From a bacterium (GTDB lineage: Bacteria; Patescibacteriota; Dojkabacteria; GCA-016699595), in assembly GCA_016699595.1 (NCBI GenBank), contig CP064982.1, positions 643,118 through 707,117 of the forward strand: a stretch of 64,000 nt of DNA, given 5' to 3'. Shown here one piece after another: positions 30,312 through 39,931 of the stretch (positions are counted from its first letter, which is position 1; the number at the start of each line of letters is the position of its first letter). Below the pieces are notes generated by a model, which saw only the letters and a list, made by a program, of their open reading frames with translations, was not told the DNA's origin and searched no databases. The position numbers and the translations under genes are program-made.

Positions 30312-30342
30312 ATCTCTTGCTATCGCACCTATATATTTTCAT

Positions 30343-30768
30343 TTAGAATGGAAGATCGTCTACATTCACATCGTTCGTTGAATCATTGTTATTTTCCAAG
30401 GCGACATCAGAATCACCTAGCAAAAGGACTTCCTGTGCTGAAACTTCTGTCTTATATTGCTTTTGACCTGTAGACTGATCTACCCATGATCGTGAAGTTA
30501 GCTCACCTTTGACTTTGACTCTAGTTCCCATTTTCAATTTTCCATTCATAGCAGAAGCTATATCTCTCCAGGCTACAACATTATGATAAGCTGAAGCTGT
30601 TTTTGGCTCTTGTGTGGTTGGGTCAACCCATTTTCTTGTTGTCATAACTGTAAAGTTGACAAGTGGAGTCGCATTTGCACCTACATTTTTGAAAATTGGA
30701 TCTCTTGGTAGAGTACCAACTAACATTACGTAGTTCACATCTTTGTTGGGATCGAATTGTGTGTCCAT
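30343..30768 (-). CDS. ssb: single-stranded DNA-binding protein
   Basis: OB-fold core NYVMLVGTLPRDPIFKNVGANATPLVNFTVMTTRKW..YHNVVAWRDIA..KGELTSRSWVDQSTGQKQYKTEVSAQEV and an acidic tail ending DDLPF. Confidence 0.9.
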   Translation of the reverse strand: MDTQFDPNKDVNYVMLVGTLPRDPIFKNVGANATPLVNFTVMTTRKWVDPTTQEPKTASAYHNVVAWRDIASAMNGKLKMGTRVKVKGELTSRSWVDQSTGQKQYKTEVSAQEVLLLGDSDVALENNNDSTNDVNVDDLPF

Positions 30769-30872
30769 AATTTTTTTTTGAAATATCTTGAAAAAATTAG
30801 TAATGGATTTGATATTTCTTGCTAAATTTTATAATAGCGAAGTTGAAGTTGCAATGAAAATTTTTGAAATTT

Positions 30873-30946
30873 CGTCCCCAGCGTGATTTGAACACACAAC
30901 CCTCACTTCCGCAAAGTGATGCTCTATCCAATTGAGCTATGGGGAC
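30873..30946 (-). tRNA. tRNA-Arg; anticodon read as GCG (unusual for bacteria, verify)
   Basis: Reverse complement GTCCCCATAGCTCAATTGGATAGAGCATCACTTTGCGGAAGTGAGGGTTGTGTGTTCAAATCACGCTGGGGACG. Acceptor GTCCCCA/TGGGGAC, D stem GCTC/GAGC, anticodon stem TCACT/AGTGA with loop TTGCGGA, T stem GTGTG/CACGC with loop TTCAAAT. Confidence 0.7.
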
Positions 30947-30976
30947 AATAATACCGAATTATATCATGAGAAATTA

Positions 30977-32644
30977 TCACTCCTGCTGCAATCTATAACT
31001 CAGTGCTTCAGCTACATGACTTGAACTTATACTGTCAACAAGTTCCAAGTCTGCAATCGTTCTTGCAACTTTAAGTAATCTAAAATATGATCTTGCTGAT
31101 AAGTTTAACTTTTCAACTGCATTTTTAAGTAAAGCTTTTGAAGTTTCATCAATTTTTATAAATTTCTCTAAGTCTTTTTGCGGAAGTTCTGAATTTTGGA
31201 CTATTTTTAAATTATTATTTTTATATCTTTCAAGTTGAACTTCGCGAGCTTTTTGAACACGCTCTTTTATATCTTTTGAACTTTCTTCTGGCTCAACTTG
31301 GGTAAGTTTATCAAAATTTACTCTAGGAACCCAAACTTGAAGATCAATTCTATCCAAAATAGGTCCGGAAACTTTCTTTTGATAACGAGAAACATCAACA
31401 GAGGTACAAACACAAGGTTTTTCTGGATCTCCATGCCAACCACATTTGCAAGGATTCATAGCAGCAATAAGCATAAAGTTTGCTGGAAATGTAATTGAAC
31501 CAGTTGCTCGAGAGATTGTAACAATCCTGTCTTCCAGTGGTTGCCTTAGACTTTCGAGTGCAGTTTGACTAAACTCGGGAAACTCATCCAAAAACAAGAG
31601 TCCTCTATGAGCTAGAGAAATTTCTCCAGGTTTTGGATATGCTCCACCTCCGACTAAACTAACATCAGACGCTGTATGGTGTGGATGACGAAATTGGCGA
31701 ATTGAGATAATTGGTTTGTCTTTGGGAAGTAATCCAGCAACAGAGTAAATTCTAGTAACTTCCAAAGCTTCTGGAAAAGTTAGTTTTGGCAGAATTGAGG
31801 GTAGAGATTTTGCAAGTAAGCTTTTTCCAGATCCTGGAGTTCCAGAAAGTAAAATGTTGTGTCCACCAGCTGCTGCAACTTCAAGCGCTCTTTTTGCATT
31901 CTTTTGACCTTTCACTGCAGAAAAGTCGTACTCAAAAACTTCGTCTTGATCAAGTTCTGCATTAAATTCAATTTTAGGAATATCTTGAAGTTCATTTAAA
32001 TAATCAGCAAATTCTTTGAGTGAATTTATACCATAAGAATTTATTTCTTTTACAAGTCCTGCTTCAGTTGAGTCAACTTCTGGAACAAAAAGTTCTGCAT
32101 TTGAATAGTTTATCTTTAGGCTTTGATTTAGGTGAATTATTTCAGTAGCAATTTCTTTCACTAATTCATTACTTTTTTCATCAGGTTCTTCAATGTTACT
32201 TTCTGAAATTAAGTATTCATTATTCAAATTATTTTTCAAATTTAACTTTTTCGAATAAAGAAAATCTGCAACAGGTAAAATTCCATTCACATGCCGAACT
32301 GCGCCATTTAACGATAACTCTCCTAAAATAATTTTTGTACTTGATTCAAATTTTGCGCTTTTTACTTGGCCAGATGCCAAAAGTATTCCAATTGCAATAG
32401 GTAGATCATATCCAGTTCCTGACTTTGGAAGATCAGCTGGAGCAAGATTGACTATGATATTTTTACTTGGAAATTCAAAACCAGAGTTACGAATTGCTGA
32501 AATTACACGCTCTTTACTTTCTTGGACTGCTTTTCCCGCAAGTCCAGCAATTTCAAATTTTGGCATAGCGCCTCTGATATCTACCTCAACTTCTACTATT
32601 TGAACATTTAAGCCAATAACGGCTGTTGTGAAGATTCGGATCAT
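30977..32644 (-). CDS. yifB: YifB/ComM-family Mg-chelatase-like AAA+ ATPase
   Basis: N-terminal Lon-like region SKERVISAIRNSGFEFPSKNIIVNLAPADLPKSGTGYDLPIAIGILLAS. Walker A ILLSGTPGSGKSLLAK. A Cys-rich segment (NPCKCGWHGDPEKPCVCT) typical of the family. Confidence 0.85.
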   Translation of the reverse strand: MIRIFTTAVIGLNVQIVEVEVDIRGAMPKFEIAGLAGKAVQESKERVISAIRNSGFEFPSKNIIVNLAPADLPKSGTGYDLPIAIGILLASGQVKSAKFESSTKIILGELSLNGAVRHVNGILPVADFLYSKKLNLKNNLNNEYLISESNIEEPDEKSNELVKEIATEIIHLNQSLKINYSNAELFVPEVDSTEAGLVKEINSYGINSLKEFADYLNELQDIPKIEFNAELDQDEVFEYDFSAVKGQKNAKRALEVAAAGGHNILLSGTPGSGKSLLAKSLPSILPKLTFPEALEVTRIYSVAGLLPKDKPIISIRQFRHPHHTASDVSLVGGGAYPKPGEISLAHRGLLFLDEFPEFSQTALESLRQPLEDRIVTISRATGSITFPANFMLIAAMNPCKCGWHGDPEKPCVCTSVDVSRYQKKVSGPILDRIDLQVWVPRVNFDKLTQVEPEESSKDIKERVQKAREVQLERYKNNNLKIVQNSELPQKDLEKFIKIDETSKALLKNAVEKLNLSARSYFRLLKVARTIADLELVDSISSSHVAEALSYRLQQE

Positions 32645-32663
32645 GGCAGTTAGTAAGTTTTTG

Positions 32664-33338
32664 TTAAAAGTATATCGTTTTGTTAGGATTCAATTTTTCA
32701 ACTAAAGATTCGTAATGCGTAATCCACAAAATACTAGATTTATGTTTGACATTCATGTCTTTAATCACTTTTATTGCCATGTCTACGCCTGCTTTATCAA
32801 GTCCAGAATCAACTTCATCTAGCATAATAAGACTCGGTTTGATAAGCAAAAGCTGAAGAAGTTCAAACTTCTTTCTTTCTCCACCAGAAAACCCTTCGTT
32901 TAAGTTTCTATTTAGAAAATTTTCCTCTAATTCCACTATCTCGAGATACTCGCGTACTACTTGTCGAATCTTGTAGACTGATATTTTTTCCTTATGATGA
33001 ATCTCAAATATTACTTTCAAAAAACTTACTATATCTACACCCGGAATATCAATTGGAGACTGGAAAGCAAGAAATATACCAAGCTTCGACCTAGCATCAG
33101 GAGTCAAATCATTTAGTTCAAGACCATTAAAAGTGATTTCCCCAGACACAATTTCAAAATTAGGATTACCCATTATACTTTGAACTAGCGTAGATTTCCC
33201 AGAACCGTTTTTCCCAGACACAGACATAATTTCACCTCCGTGTAGTTCAAATGAAACATCATCTAGTATAATTTTATCTGCACTGTTCAGTTTTACTTTT
33301 AAATTCTTAACTACTAACATTTCAAGGAAATAATTCAA
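32664..33338 (-). CDS. sufC: SufC-like ABC ATPase, solitary
   Basis: GEIMSVSGKNGSGKSTLVQSIMGNPNFEIVSGEITFNG..FLAFQSP..GFSGGERKKFELLQLLLIKPSLIMLDEVDSGLD..ITHYESLV follows SufC closely. No sufB/sufD is adjacent. Confidence 0.65.
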   Translation of the reverse strand: MNYFLEMLVVKNLKVKLNSADKIILDDVSFELHGGEIMSVSGKNGSGKSTLVQSIMGNPNFEIVSGEITFNGLELNDLTPDARSKLGIFLAFQSPIDIPGVDIVSFLKVIFEIHHKEKISVYKIRQVVREYLEIVELEENFLNRNLNEGFSGGERKKFELLQLLLIKPSLIMLDEVDSGLDKAGVDMAIKVIKDMNVKHKSSILWITHYESLVEKLNPNKTIYF

Positions 33339-33347
33339 ATTTATATA

Positions 33348-33821
33348 TTATCTCATAGACAATTCAAAAATCCTTGAATTATCGTGATTTACAATTATTT
33401 GCAATTTTGCCAAATTAGGCAATTTGATTAAACTATTTGAAATCAAGCTTTCTATTCTTTCTGGCCATTCTACAAGCACAAAATTATTCCCAATATTATC
33501 AAGAAAAGAAATTTGATTCAAAATCTGTAGCTTTTCATCATCTTCGGTTGATTCATTTATTCTATACAAATCATAATGAGAAATGTTCACTTTTTCATCC
33601 AAGTAATTACCTAAATATTCTTTAAGATAAACAAAAGTTGGGCTAGTAACTTCGTCAGTAATATCTAGCAACTTCAAAAAACTCTTGGCGAAAGTTGTTT
33701 TACCAGCTCCAAGTTCGCCTGACAAAAACAATAATCTAAAATCACTTTCACTTAATATTTCTTTAACTTTTTGAGCGATTTGAGAAATATCTTCAATTGT
33801 TGAAATTGTTCCAAGTAACAT
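33348..33821 (-). CDS. tsaE: tRNA t6A37 biosynthesis ATPase TsaE (YjeE)
   Basis: LLFLSGELGAGKTTFAKSF..TSPTFVYLKEY..HYDLYRI. Confidence 0.85.
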   Translation of the reverse strand: MLLGTISTIEDISQIAQKVKEILSESDFRLLFLSGELGAGKTTFAKSFLKLLDITDEVTSPTFVYLKEYLGNYLDEKVNISHYDLYRINESTEDDEKLQILNQISFLDNIGNNFVLVEWPERIESLISNSLIKLPNLAKLQIIVNHDNSRIFELSMR

Positions 33822-33872
33822 AAGGAAATTATAGCATTTGAGGTGTTATAATAAATTAGATTAGTGTAAATA

Positions 33873-35015
33873 ATGTCTCAAATAAAACTTATAAAACTAC
33901 TTTCACTTTGTACAAACTTACTTTTTTGGAATAGTATTTGGCTTTTGTATTATCTTAAGTTTGTAAATAATCAGCAAATTGGAACTATAGAACTAATAGT
34001 GTTTTTCACAGCTCAAATATTCGAAATTCCAACAGGGTTTATTGGTGATAAAGTAGGTTGGAAAAAATCAGTACTTTTCGGGCTTCCATTTTTAGCAATT
34101 GGAAATATAGTTATGGGAGCAATTCCATCATTCAATGCATTTCTAGTCTCAGGTTTAATTATGGGAATTGGAGATGCTTTTTTATCAGGAAGCGTTCAGT
34201 CATTGCAATATCACACAGCAAAATCAGAAAGTTATGACTTTAGTAAACTTCAAAAGGAGATAAATAAATACAAAGCAATCGGAACTGTGATCGCAACTTT
34301 AGTTGGTGGATTGATTTTTATGGTTGATATTCATGTCCCATATTATCTTCGAGCGATTGGATTTTTGGCAGCTTTTGTGGTTACTTTGTTTATAAAAGAT
34401 ATCGAAATAGTTAATAAGGTTGATATTAAATCAGAAAAGAAAAAGCTGAAAGAAAATATAAAAAATTATTTAACAATTTTCAAAAAGTTGATTTCAATTC
34501 GAGAAATACTTGGAATTTCAATTGTCATGATTGTTTGTCAATTTGTATATCAATACTTATATGACTTTTCACTTATCAGAATTGGACTTGATTCTGCCGC
34601 ATTAACTATTCTGATGGTTTCAGCTTACATAATAAGTGCAATTTATTTCCATTTTCATGATAAAGTAGAATTTCTTTCTAGATATAAATATATTATATAT
34701 TTATCAACTCTGGTTCTAGTTTTAATAAATATCCGATTCATTTTAATAATAATTTCAATAATTAGACCAACTTTTTATCAACAAATAGAAAATGAAAGCG
34801 AAAAGATAATTTTGGATAATTCAAAAGCTGAGAATAGTGCTTCGAATCTCTCGGTAATTAATTTCTTACGAGGTTTAATTTATCCAATTGGGATCTTTGT
34901 AGTTGGAGGATTACTTGACAAAGGATTTTTCATGCAGATTATGTTAGTATTAATCTTGATATTTATCGTTGGTTTATTTATCAAAAATTTTAAACTTAAA
35001 AACTATGAAAAATAA
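33873..35015 (+). CDS. MFS-type transporter, probable
   Basis: About 10-11 TM helices with an MFS-like early motif (GFIGDKVGWKKSVLFGLPFLAIGNIVMG). Confidence 0.5.
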   Translation: MSQIKLIKLLSLCTNLLFWNSIWLLYYLKFVNNQQIGTIELIVFFTAQIFEIPTGFIGDKVGWKKSVLFGLPFLAIGNIVMGAIPSFNAFLVSGLIMGIGDAFLSGSVQSLQYHTAKSESYDFSKLQKEINKYKAIGTVIATLVGGLIFMVDIHVPYYLRAIGFLAAFVVTLFIKDIEIVNKVDIKSEKKKLKENIKNYLTIFKKLISIREILGISIVMIVCQFVYQYLYDFSLIRIGLDSAALTILMVSAYIISAIYFHFHDKVEFLSRYKYIIYLSTLVLVLINIRFILIIISIIRPTFYQQIENESEKIILDNSKAENSASNLSVINFLRGLIYPIGIFVVGGLLDKGFFMQIMLVLILIFIVGLFIKNFKLKNYEK

Positions 35016-35643
35016 ATATATAATACTCTCAACTTCAATAATTACAATTCTTCTAAATATTCTGGCAAATGCACTCCCACTTGCAGGAAATTCAACTAAG
35101 TTCGTTTCAGATAAGTTCTTCACACTTATAACCCCAGCTCCTTTTACTTTCATCATTTGGGGAGTCATTTATCTAACATGGCTTTATTTAACTTTTCTTA
35201 CCGTGAAAGAAAAGGTTGTAATTTCATCAAAGTTTACCAAACTATTTATGATATCTGGATTGCTCAACTGTTTTTGGCTTGTTATGTGGCACACTTTGAA
35301 TATTAATTTTTCAGTTCCAGTTATAATTTTACTTTTAGCTTCAGTCACTTTAGCATATTTAGAACTAAAGAAACTTGGTAATTCAAAATTAAACTTAAAT
35401 ATTTTTGCAATTTACTTAGGTTGGCTAATAGTTGCAAGTGTTGCTAATGTTTCAAGTATGCTTGTTGCAAATGGGTTTGGAGGTGATAAATTATTACTTA
35501 GTATTTCTCCGTATATTTGGAGAATGGCAATTTTAGCTGTTGCGTTTCTTGTTAACTTGGCATTTCTAATTCGAGAGAAAGTTTATACGCCAATGATAGT
35601 TTTGCTTTGGGCATATTTGGGTATATTTGTACAACAAAACTAA
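34969..35643 (+). CDS. TspO/MBR-family (tryptophan-rich sensory protein)-like membrane protein
   Basis: NALPLAGNSTKFVSDKFFTLITPAPFTFIIWGVIYL resembles the TspO N-terminal motif (..LP.nG..T.eis..y..lftPag.tFsIWg.IY). Five TMs. The real start is probably the internal Met of MKNKYI near 35005. Confidence 0.5.
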   Translation: MVYLSKILNLKTMKNKYIILSTSIITILLNILANALPLAGNSTKFVSDKFFTLITPAPFTFIIWGVIYLTWLYLTFLTVKEKVVISSKFTKLFMISGLLNCFWLVMWHTLNINFSVPVIILLLASVTLAYLELKKLGNSKLNLNIFAIYLGWLIVASVANVSSMLVANGFGGDKLLLSISPYIWRMAILAVAFLVNLAFLIREKVYTPMIVLLWAYLGIFVQQN

Positions 35644-35690
35644 AGTGGTAATTATTGTCAAATCGTAACTTTTTGTAAAATAAAATCACT

Positions 35691-36278
35691 ATGTCATCAG
35701 AATCTAATACACAAAAAAAGTCTATACCAACTTGGAGGAAAAGACTAATTCCACAATCTCACCTTATGGACCTGGGTGAGAAACTTCGAGAAAAGGACAA
35801 GAAAGTAGTTTATACGGCTGGAGCGTGGGATATGATACATGTAGGACAAGCAAGATACTTAGAGGAAGCAAAAAATAGAGGTGATATATTGGTAGTAGGA
35901 ATCGTAAGCGACTCAGTGATCAAACGACTGAAAGGGCCAAATCGTCCTATATTGGGAGAGCAACTTAGAGCTGAAATGGTAGCTTCTTTGAGATGTGTAG
36001 ACTTCGTAACTATAGTCAACGAACCTTCAAGTCAACCAGTTTTAGGGTTACTTAAACCTGATGTGTACCAAACTGTTCAAGAAGATTGGAACAAAGATTA
36101 CAAAGAATCGATTGAGTACAAAACTGTCATAAAGTATGGTGGGGAAGTAGTTTTGATTGACAGGCAATCACCAGCCATTTCAACTACAAAGATATTGGAA
36201 AGAACTGTCGCTGCTCAATTATCTGATATATTTAAAGAATATATGAAATTGGTTGAAAAACCTTTGAAAGAGCGCTAA
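35691..36278 (+). CDS. cytidylyltransferase-like nucleotidyltransferase (HldE domain II / TagD-type)
   Basis: VVYTAGAWDMIHVGQARYLEEAKNRGDILVVGIVSDSVIKRLKGPNRPI..ERAEMVASLRCVDFV carries the FDxxHxGH-type nucleotidyltransferase signature. Confidence 0.7.
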   Translation: MSSESNTQKKSIPTWRKRLIPQSHLMDLGEKLREKDKKVVYTAGAWDMIHVGQARYLEEAKNRGDILVVGIVSDSVIKRLKGPNRPILGEQLRAEMVASLRCVDFVTIVNEPSSQPVLGLLKPDVYQTVQEDWNKDYKESIEYKTVIKYGGEVVLIDRQSPAISTTKILERTVAAQLSDIFKEYMKLVEKPLKER

Positions 36279-36287
36279 ACAAGCTTT

Positions 36288-36809
36288 ATGAGTACCAACC
36301 TAAAAAAAATTACAAGTGCCCGAGCTTCTGACTGGTATGGGAATATCTGGAAGACTGTTGGTAAATGTGTTTTTTGTGATTTGAATGAAAAGTACATTTT
36401 AGCAGAAGAAGAGGAAATGGCGCTAGTAATGAACAAATATCCTTATACTGACGGACATTTACTAGTAGTTCCAAGAGTTCACATAGCATCTTGCAAAGAA
36501 TTAACAGAATCTCAGTGGCAAATAATTCGTAAGTTTCAATATATTGCAAGAAAACTTTTCAAGAAGTATTTAGACTCAAAAAGTTCTTCCATTTGGACTT
36601 TGATCAGAGAGGGTGGAGTCGAAGCTCAAGTTACTGTTTCAGATCACTTGCATATTCACCTAATCCCGTTTTCCAATCCTGAACTTTGCAAGTGGAATTT
36701 TCAAGAGGAAATTTACGAGGTTGAAGATATGAAAAATCTACTTATCTCAGAATGTGAAATCGAAAAATATGCAAAAAAGTGGGAAAAGAAGTACAAAACT
36801 ACACTGTAA
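36288..36809 (+). CDS. HIT-family (histidine triad) nucleotide hydrolase/transferase
   Basis: CVFCD at the N-terminus and ...GHLLVVPRVH..DHLHIHLIPF (HxHxHxx histidine triad). Confidence 0.75.
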   Translation: MSTNLKKITSARASDWYGNIWKTVGKCVFCDLNEKYILAEEEEMALVMNKYPYTDGHLLVVPRVHIASCKELTESQWQIIRKFQYIARKLFKKYLDSKSSSIWTLIREGGVEAQVTVSDHLHIHLIPFSNPELCKWNFQEEIYEVEDMKNLLISECEIEKYAKKWEKKYKTTL

Positions 36810-36860
36810 GCAAATGCAGATAATCCCACAAAAGTAAAAAGGTACAAGTTGATTCAACCT

Positions 36861-37043
36861 TCAGGCTTTTTTGAGAAATTTTCCAGCTACGCCAACCATT
36901 ATGAAGACCAAAGGTGTAAGCCATCTTACAATCTCTGGTACATTGTCAAATCTTCTTGGCACTAGTTTTAAAAAGTACATCAACAAGAATATGGCACCTA
37001 GTGTTAGAAAATAGTTTGAGTATTTGATTAAGTAATTTTTCAT
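36861..37043 (-). CDS. small two-TM membrane protein, hypothetical
   Basis: 60 aa with two hydrophobic helices and a KKA tail, sitting alone in a 440-bp gap. Confidence 0.3.
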   Translation of the reverse strand: MKNYLIKYSNYFLTLGAIFLLMYFLKLVPRRFDNVPEIVRWLTPLVFIMVGVAGKFLKKA

Positions 37044-37247
37044 TTGTTATAATAAAGCAAACAGATTTGTTTGAAGTAATTGTACATTAGATTACTGATA
37101 ATTTGCAAGACCTATCCGTACAAATAATTTCATAATATTCAAAACTTGTATAATTACTTTAGTTATTGAAAAATGATCGTTTTGTAATTCTAAAAGCCTA
37201 GAGTATTATCTAAATAAATTTACAAGTTATATTCTAGCTTTCAAAGT

Positions 37248-38255
37248 TTGAAGGTAATTTCATTGATGCAAATTCTCAACTATTCACCACAAAACCCAGA
37301 CTTAACTTCAAAAAAGTTTGTATTCATCATAGGATCTCGCAAAATTACACAGAAAAGAATTATTGAACTGTTTATGAAATACGATACTTCTGTGTCTTCA
37401 ACACATCTCCCTTCTGAAGGGAGACAAAATACGCAGATTTTATGGGGAATTCTGAATGAAAAGTATATCAAAGGACTTGAAAATTCACCTCAATTCGAAA
37501 GTATGCAACTTGCATATTTAACTACTACTTTTGAAAAGTTTGCAAAGAAGTATCCTAAGTACAATTTAGACAATTTAACTATTCTCAAATATAATTTTGA
37601 TAATTGGAAAGATATTTTGCAAGAACTTGATTTTGAAAAAGTTATTTTGATAAATGCTTCATGGCACAGATCATTTCATAGAAGAGCTGAATATGAAATT
37701 TTGAAATCTCGCAACATTCCCTATCAATTTTCTAGTTCTTATTTTTCAGATGAAGAAGCAAAGTTAGATTCAAATGTTGATTATTCAAAGTTAGATAAAC
37801 TTATTGGAACTGAACTTCTTGAAACAGATACAGAATCTATTTGGAATATATTAAATGAGATCAAAGTTTATTCTTATGATCATCTTTTTCAAACGAGTTG
37901 CTTGATTTTGAATGATAATCAAATTCTTTCTTGGGGAGTAAACAAGATAATGCCTTATGAAACTTATGATTTTCATCATGTAAGTTCAAATGAAAAAATG
38001 CTAACTCCGATGAATAGTAGTGATGCACAAGATACAATTCATGCTGAGATGAATGCAATTTTGAAAGTTGGAAACAAAGATGACCTGAAAGGTGCAAAAT
38101 TATTTATAGAACTTATGCCATGTCCGTGGTGCGCTAAAGTGATAGCTGAAAGTGGAATCGGTGAAGTTAGTTGCAAACTAGTGCATAATGGAGGACATGC
38201 AGCAGAGCTATTTAAGGAAATGGGGGTGAGGATGAAGGTAATTAGAGAAATGTGA
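37248..38255 (+). CDS. cytidine/dCMP deaminase-family protein with a ~220-aa N-terminal domain of unknown function
   Basis: The C-terminal part SCLILNDNQILSWGVNK..HAEMNAILKVG..KLFIELMPCPWCAKVIAESGI has the H-A-E and P-C-x-x-C zinc motifs of the CDA fold. Confidence 0.65.
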   Translation: MKVISLMQILNYSPQNPDLTSKKFVFIIGSRKITQKRIIELFMKYDTSVSSTHLPSEGRQNTQILWGILNEKYIKGLENSPQFESMQLAYLTTTFEKFAKKYPKYNLDNLTILKYNFDNWKDILQELDFEKVILINASWHRSFHRRAEYEILKSRNIPYQFSSSYFSDEEAKLDSNVDYSKLDKLIGTELLETDTESIWNILNEIKVYSYDHLFQTSCLILNDNQILSWGVNKIMPYETYDFHHVSSNEKMLTPMNSSDAQDTIHAEMNAILKVGNKDDLKGAKLFIELMPCPWCAKVIAESGIGEVSCKLVHNGGHAAELFKEMGVRMKVIREM

Positions 38256-38270
38256 TTTCTGGTATAAATT

Positions 38271-39851
38271 ATGTCTTATCCAATCTTTTATAAAGAACAA
38301 CTCACAATTGGAAACCTGAATTCCAATGTCGGAATTGTTACCCTTTGGACTCCGAGGCAAACTTTTACTTCTAGACTTGATCCAAGTTCTTTTGCAATTT
38401 GTGGGCAACTTTATTCAAAACGAGGAATCAACTATATCATCCGAAACATTTTGGCAAATCCCATTATAGATACTTTGATAATTTGTGGAGCAAATAGATC
38501 AGAAAGTGCAGAAAGTTTGAAAAACTTTATAGATCTAGGAATTGATGAAAATCATAATGTCAAATCTTGCGAAAAATCTCCGGTTGACAAAGAAATTACA
38601 AAAGAATATTTAGAACTATTTAGAAAGAATATAAAGTATATTGATTTAACTGGCGAACTTAAGGCGAGTGAAATCCAAAAGAAATTAGATGAAATAAATA
38701 AAAATAATAATAACACTGAAATTAAACATTGGGCAGAACCGAAAGAATTTCCTATAGCTGAAGCTGAAACTGCAAGTGAATTTCCCAGTGAACAAAATGT
38801 TTTTAGTATTCGATCCGAATATGTAGATGAAGCTTGGATTCAGATTTTGAGACACATCATGAAGTTTGGAGAAGATAGTTATATGCTTTCAGGTGCTAAA
38901 GTGAAAGTTTTGAGTAATTTGATAGTTACAATTTCAAAAGAAGATCCAGATAAACCAGAACTTCCTGATTTTATGACTTTCAATCAAGGTGACCTCAAAC
39001 TTTATTACAAAGGTTTTTTTGAAAAAACTAAACAAAGTGAAGATTATGGGTATGGTGAGAGAATGTTCAATTATCCAAACCCACTGCAAGCCCCCATTGA
39101 AAAGGGGGAAAGTCACGAAGTGAGTGGGGGTTTACTTCTCAATCAAGTTGAAATAATTTACAAAAAACTCAAAGCTAGAAAATATGATGCGGGAGCAATT
39201 ATATCTATTTGGAATCCTTGGATTGACAATGGATCGTTTTTGAAATATTCAAATAATAGTGATAATGGAGTTCAACAAGTGAAACCCCTACAAACTCAGA
39301 ATGTTCCTTGTATGACACAACTTCAATTTTCTTATGTCAATCACAAGTTAAACCTAACTGCATACTTTAGATCAAATGATATGTTTGACGCATGGCCTAG
39401 AAATACTTTCGCACTTAGAAAACTTCAAATGATGCTTGCAACAAAACTTGGGATGAAAGTTGGTGAACTTACAACAATTTCAAATCTGGCTCAAATATAT
39501 GAACTGAATTATCAAAATGCAGAAGAAGTTATCAAGAAATTTGAAAACAAGATGTTTTGTATGCAAGATAAAAGAGGAAATTTGATAATGGAAATCGAAG
39601 AAAGAAATGGAGAACTTTTTATAATTGCAAAGCATATGAGCCGTGACGGAAACGAAGTTTTGCAAGCTTACTCAATTAATGGTAATGATACAAACTCAGC
39701 TCAAAAACTAGGTGATATCTTACTTTCAAATTTAGTTATCTCAGATCTTTCGCACAGCATGGATATTGGACGTGAACTTATGAAAGCAGAAATTGCAATT
39801 AAGTCAGGCAGGGCAAAAAATTATCAGCAGGATAAAGGCTTGGATCTTTAA
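38271..39851 (+). CDS. thymidylate-synthase-superfamily protein with an MtrA-like N-terminal domain and a C-terminal extension
   Basis: ThyA-family blocks: ISIWNPW, VPCMTQLQFSYV (nucleophile Cys), YFRSNDMFDAWPRNTFAL (Arg and Asn177 equivalents). GD(A/T)HxY is replaced by SNLAQIY. The N-terminal VGIVTLWT..AICGQLYSKRGINYIIRNILANPIIDTLIICGAN resembles the MtrA motif [38 protein letters not shown], recalled from memory. Confidence 0.55.
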   Translation: MSYPIFYKEQLTIGNLNSNVGIVTLWTPRQTFTSRLDPSSFAICGQLYSKRGINYIIRNILANPIIDTLIICGANRSESAESLKNFIDLGIDENHNVKSCEKSPVDKEITKEYLELFRKNIKYIDLTGELKASEIQKKLDEINKNNNNTEIKHWAEPKEFPIAEAETASEFPSEQNVFSIRSEYVDEAWIQILRHIMKFGEDSYMLSGAKVKVLSNLIVTISKEDPDKPELPDFMTFNQGDLKLYYKGFFEKTKQSEDYGYGERMFNYPNPLQAPIEKGESHEVSGGLLLNQVEIIYKKLKARKYDAGAIISIWNPWIDNGSFLKYSNNSDNGVQQVKPLQTQNVPCMTQLQFSYVNHKLNLTAYFRSNDMFDAWPRNTFALRKLQMMLATKLGMKVGELTTISNLAQIYELNYQNAEEVIKKFENKMFCMQDKRGNLIMEIEERNGELFIIAKHMSRDGNEVLQAYSINGNDTNSAQKLGDILLSNLVISDLSHSMDIGRELMKAEIAIKSGRAKNYQQDKGLDL

Positions 39852-39931
39852 ATGATTTGTAGATATGTGTATAATATTTCTTATAGATTTATCAGTATTT
39901 TGACAAATTTGATTAATTATTTGCATTACCA

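Noticed and set aside
32664-33338. Full Suf Fe-S cluster operon
   Set aside because: Only a SufC-like ATPase is present. No SufB/D/S/U neighbours, so it is annotated as solitary SufC-like.
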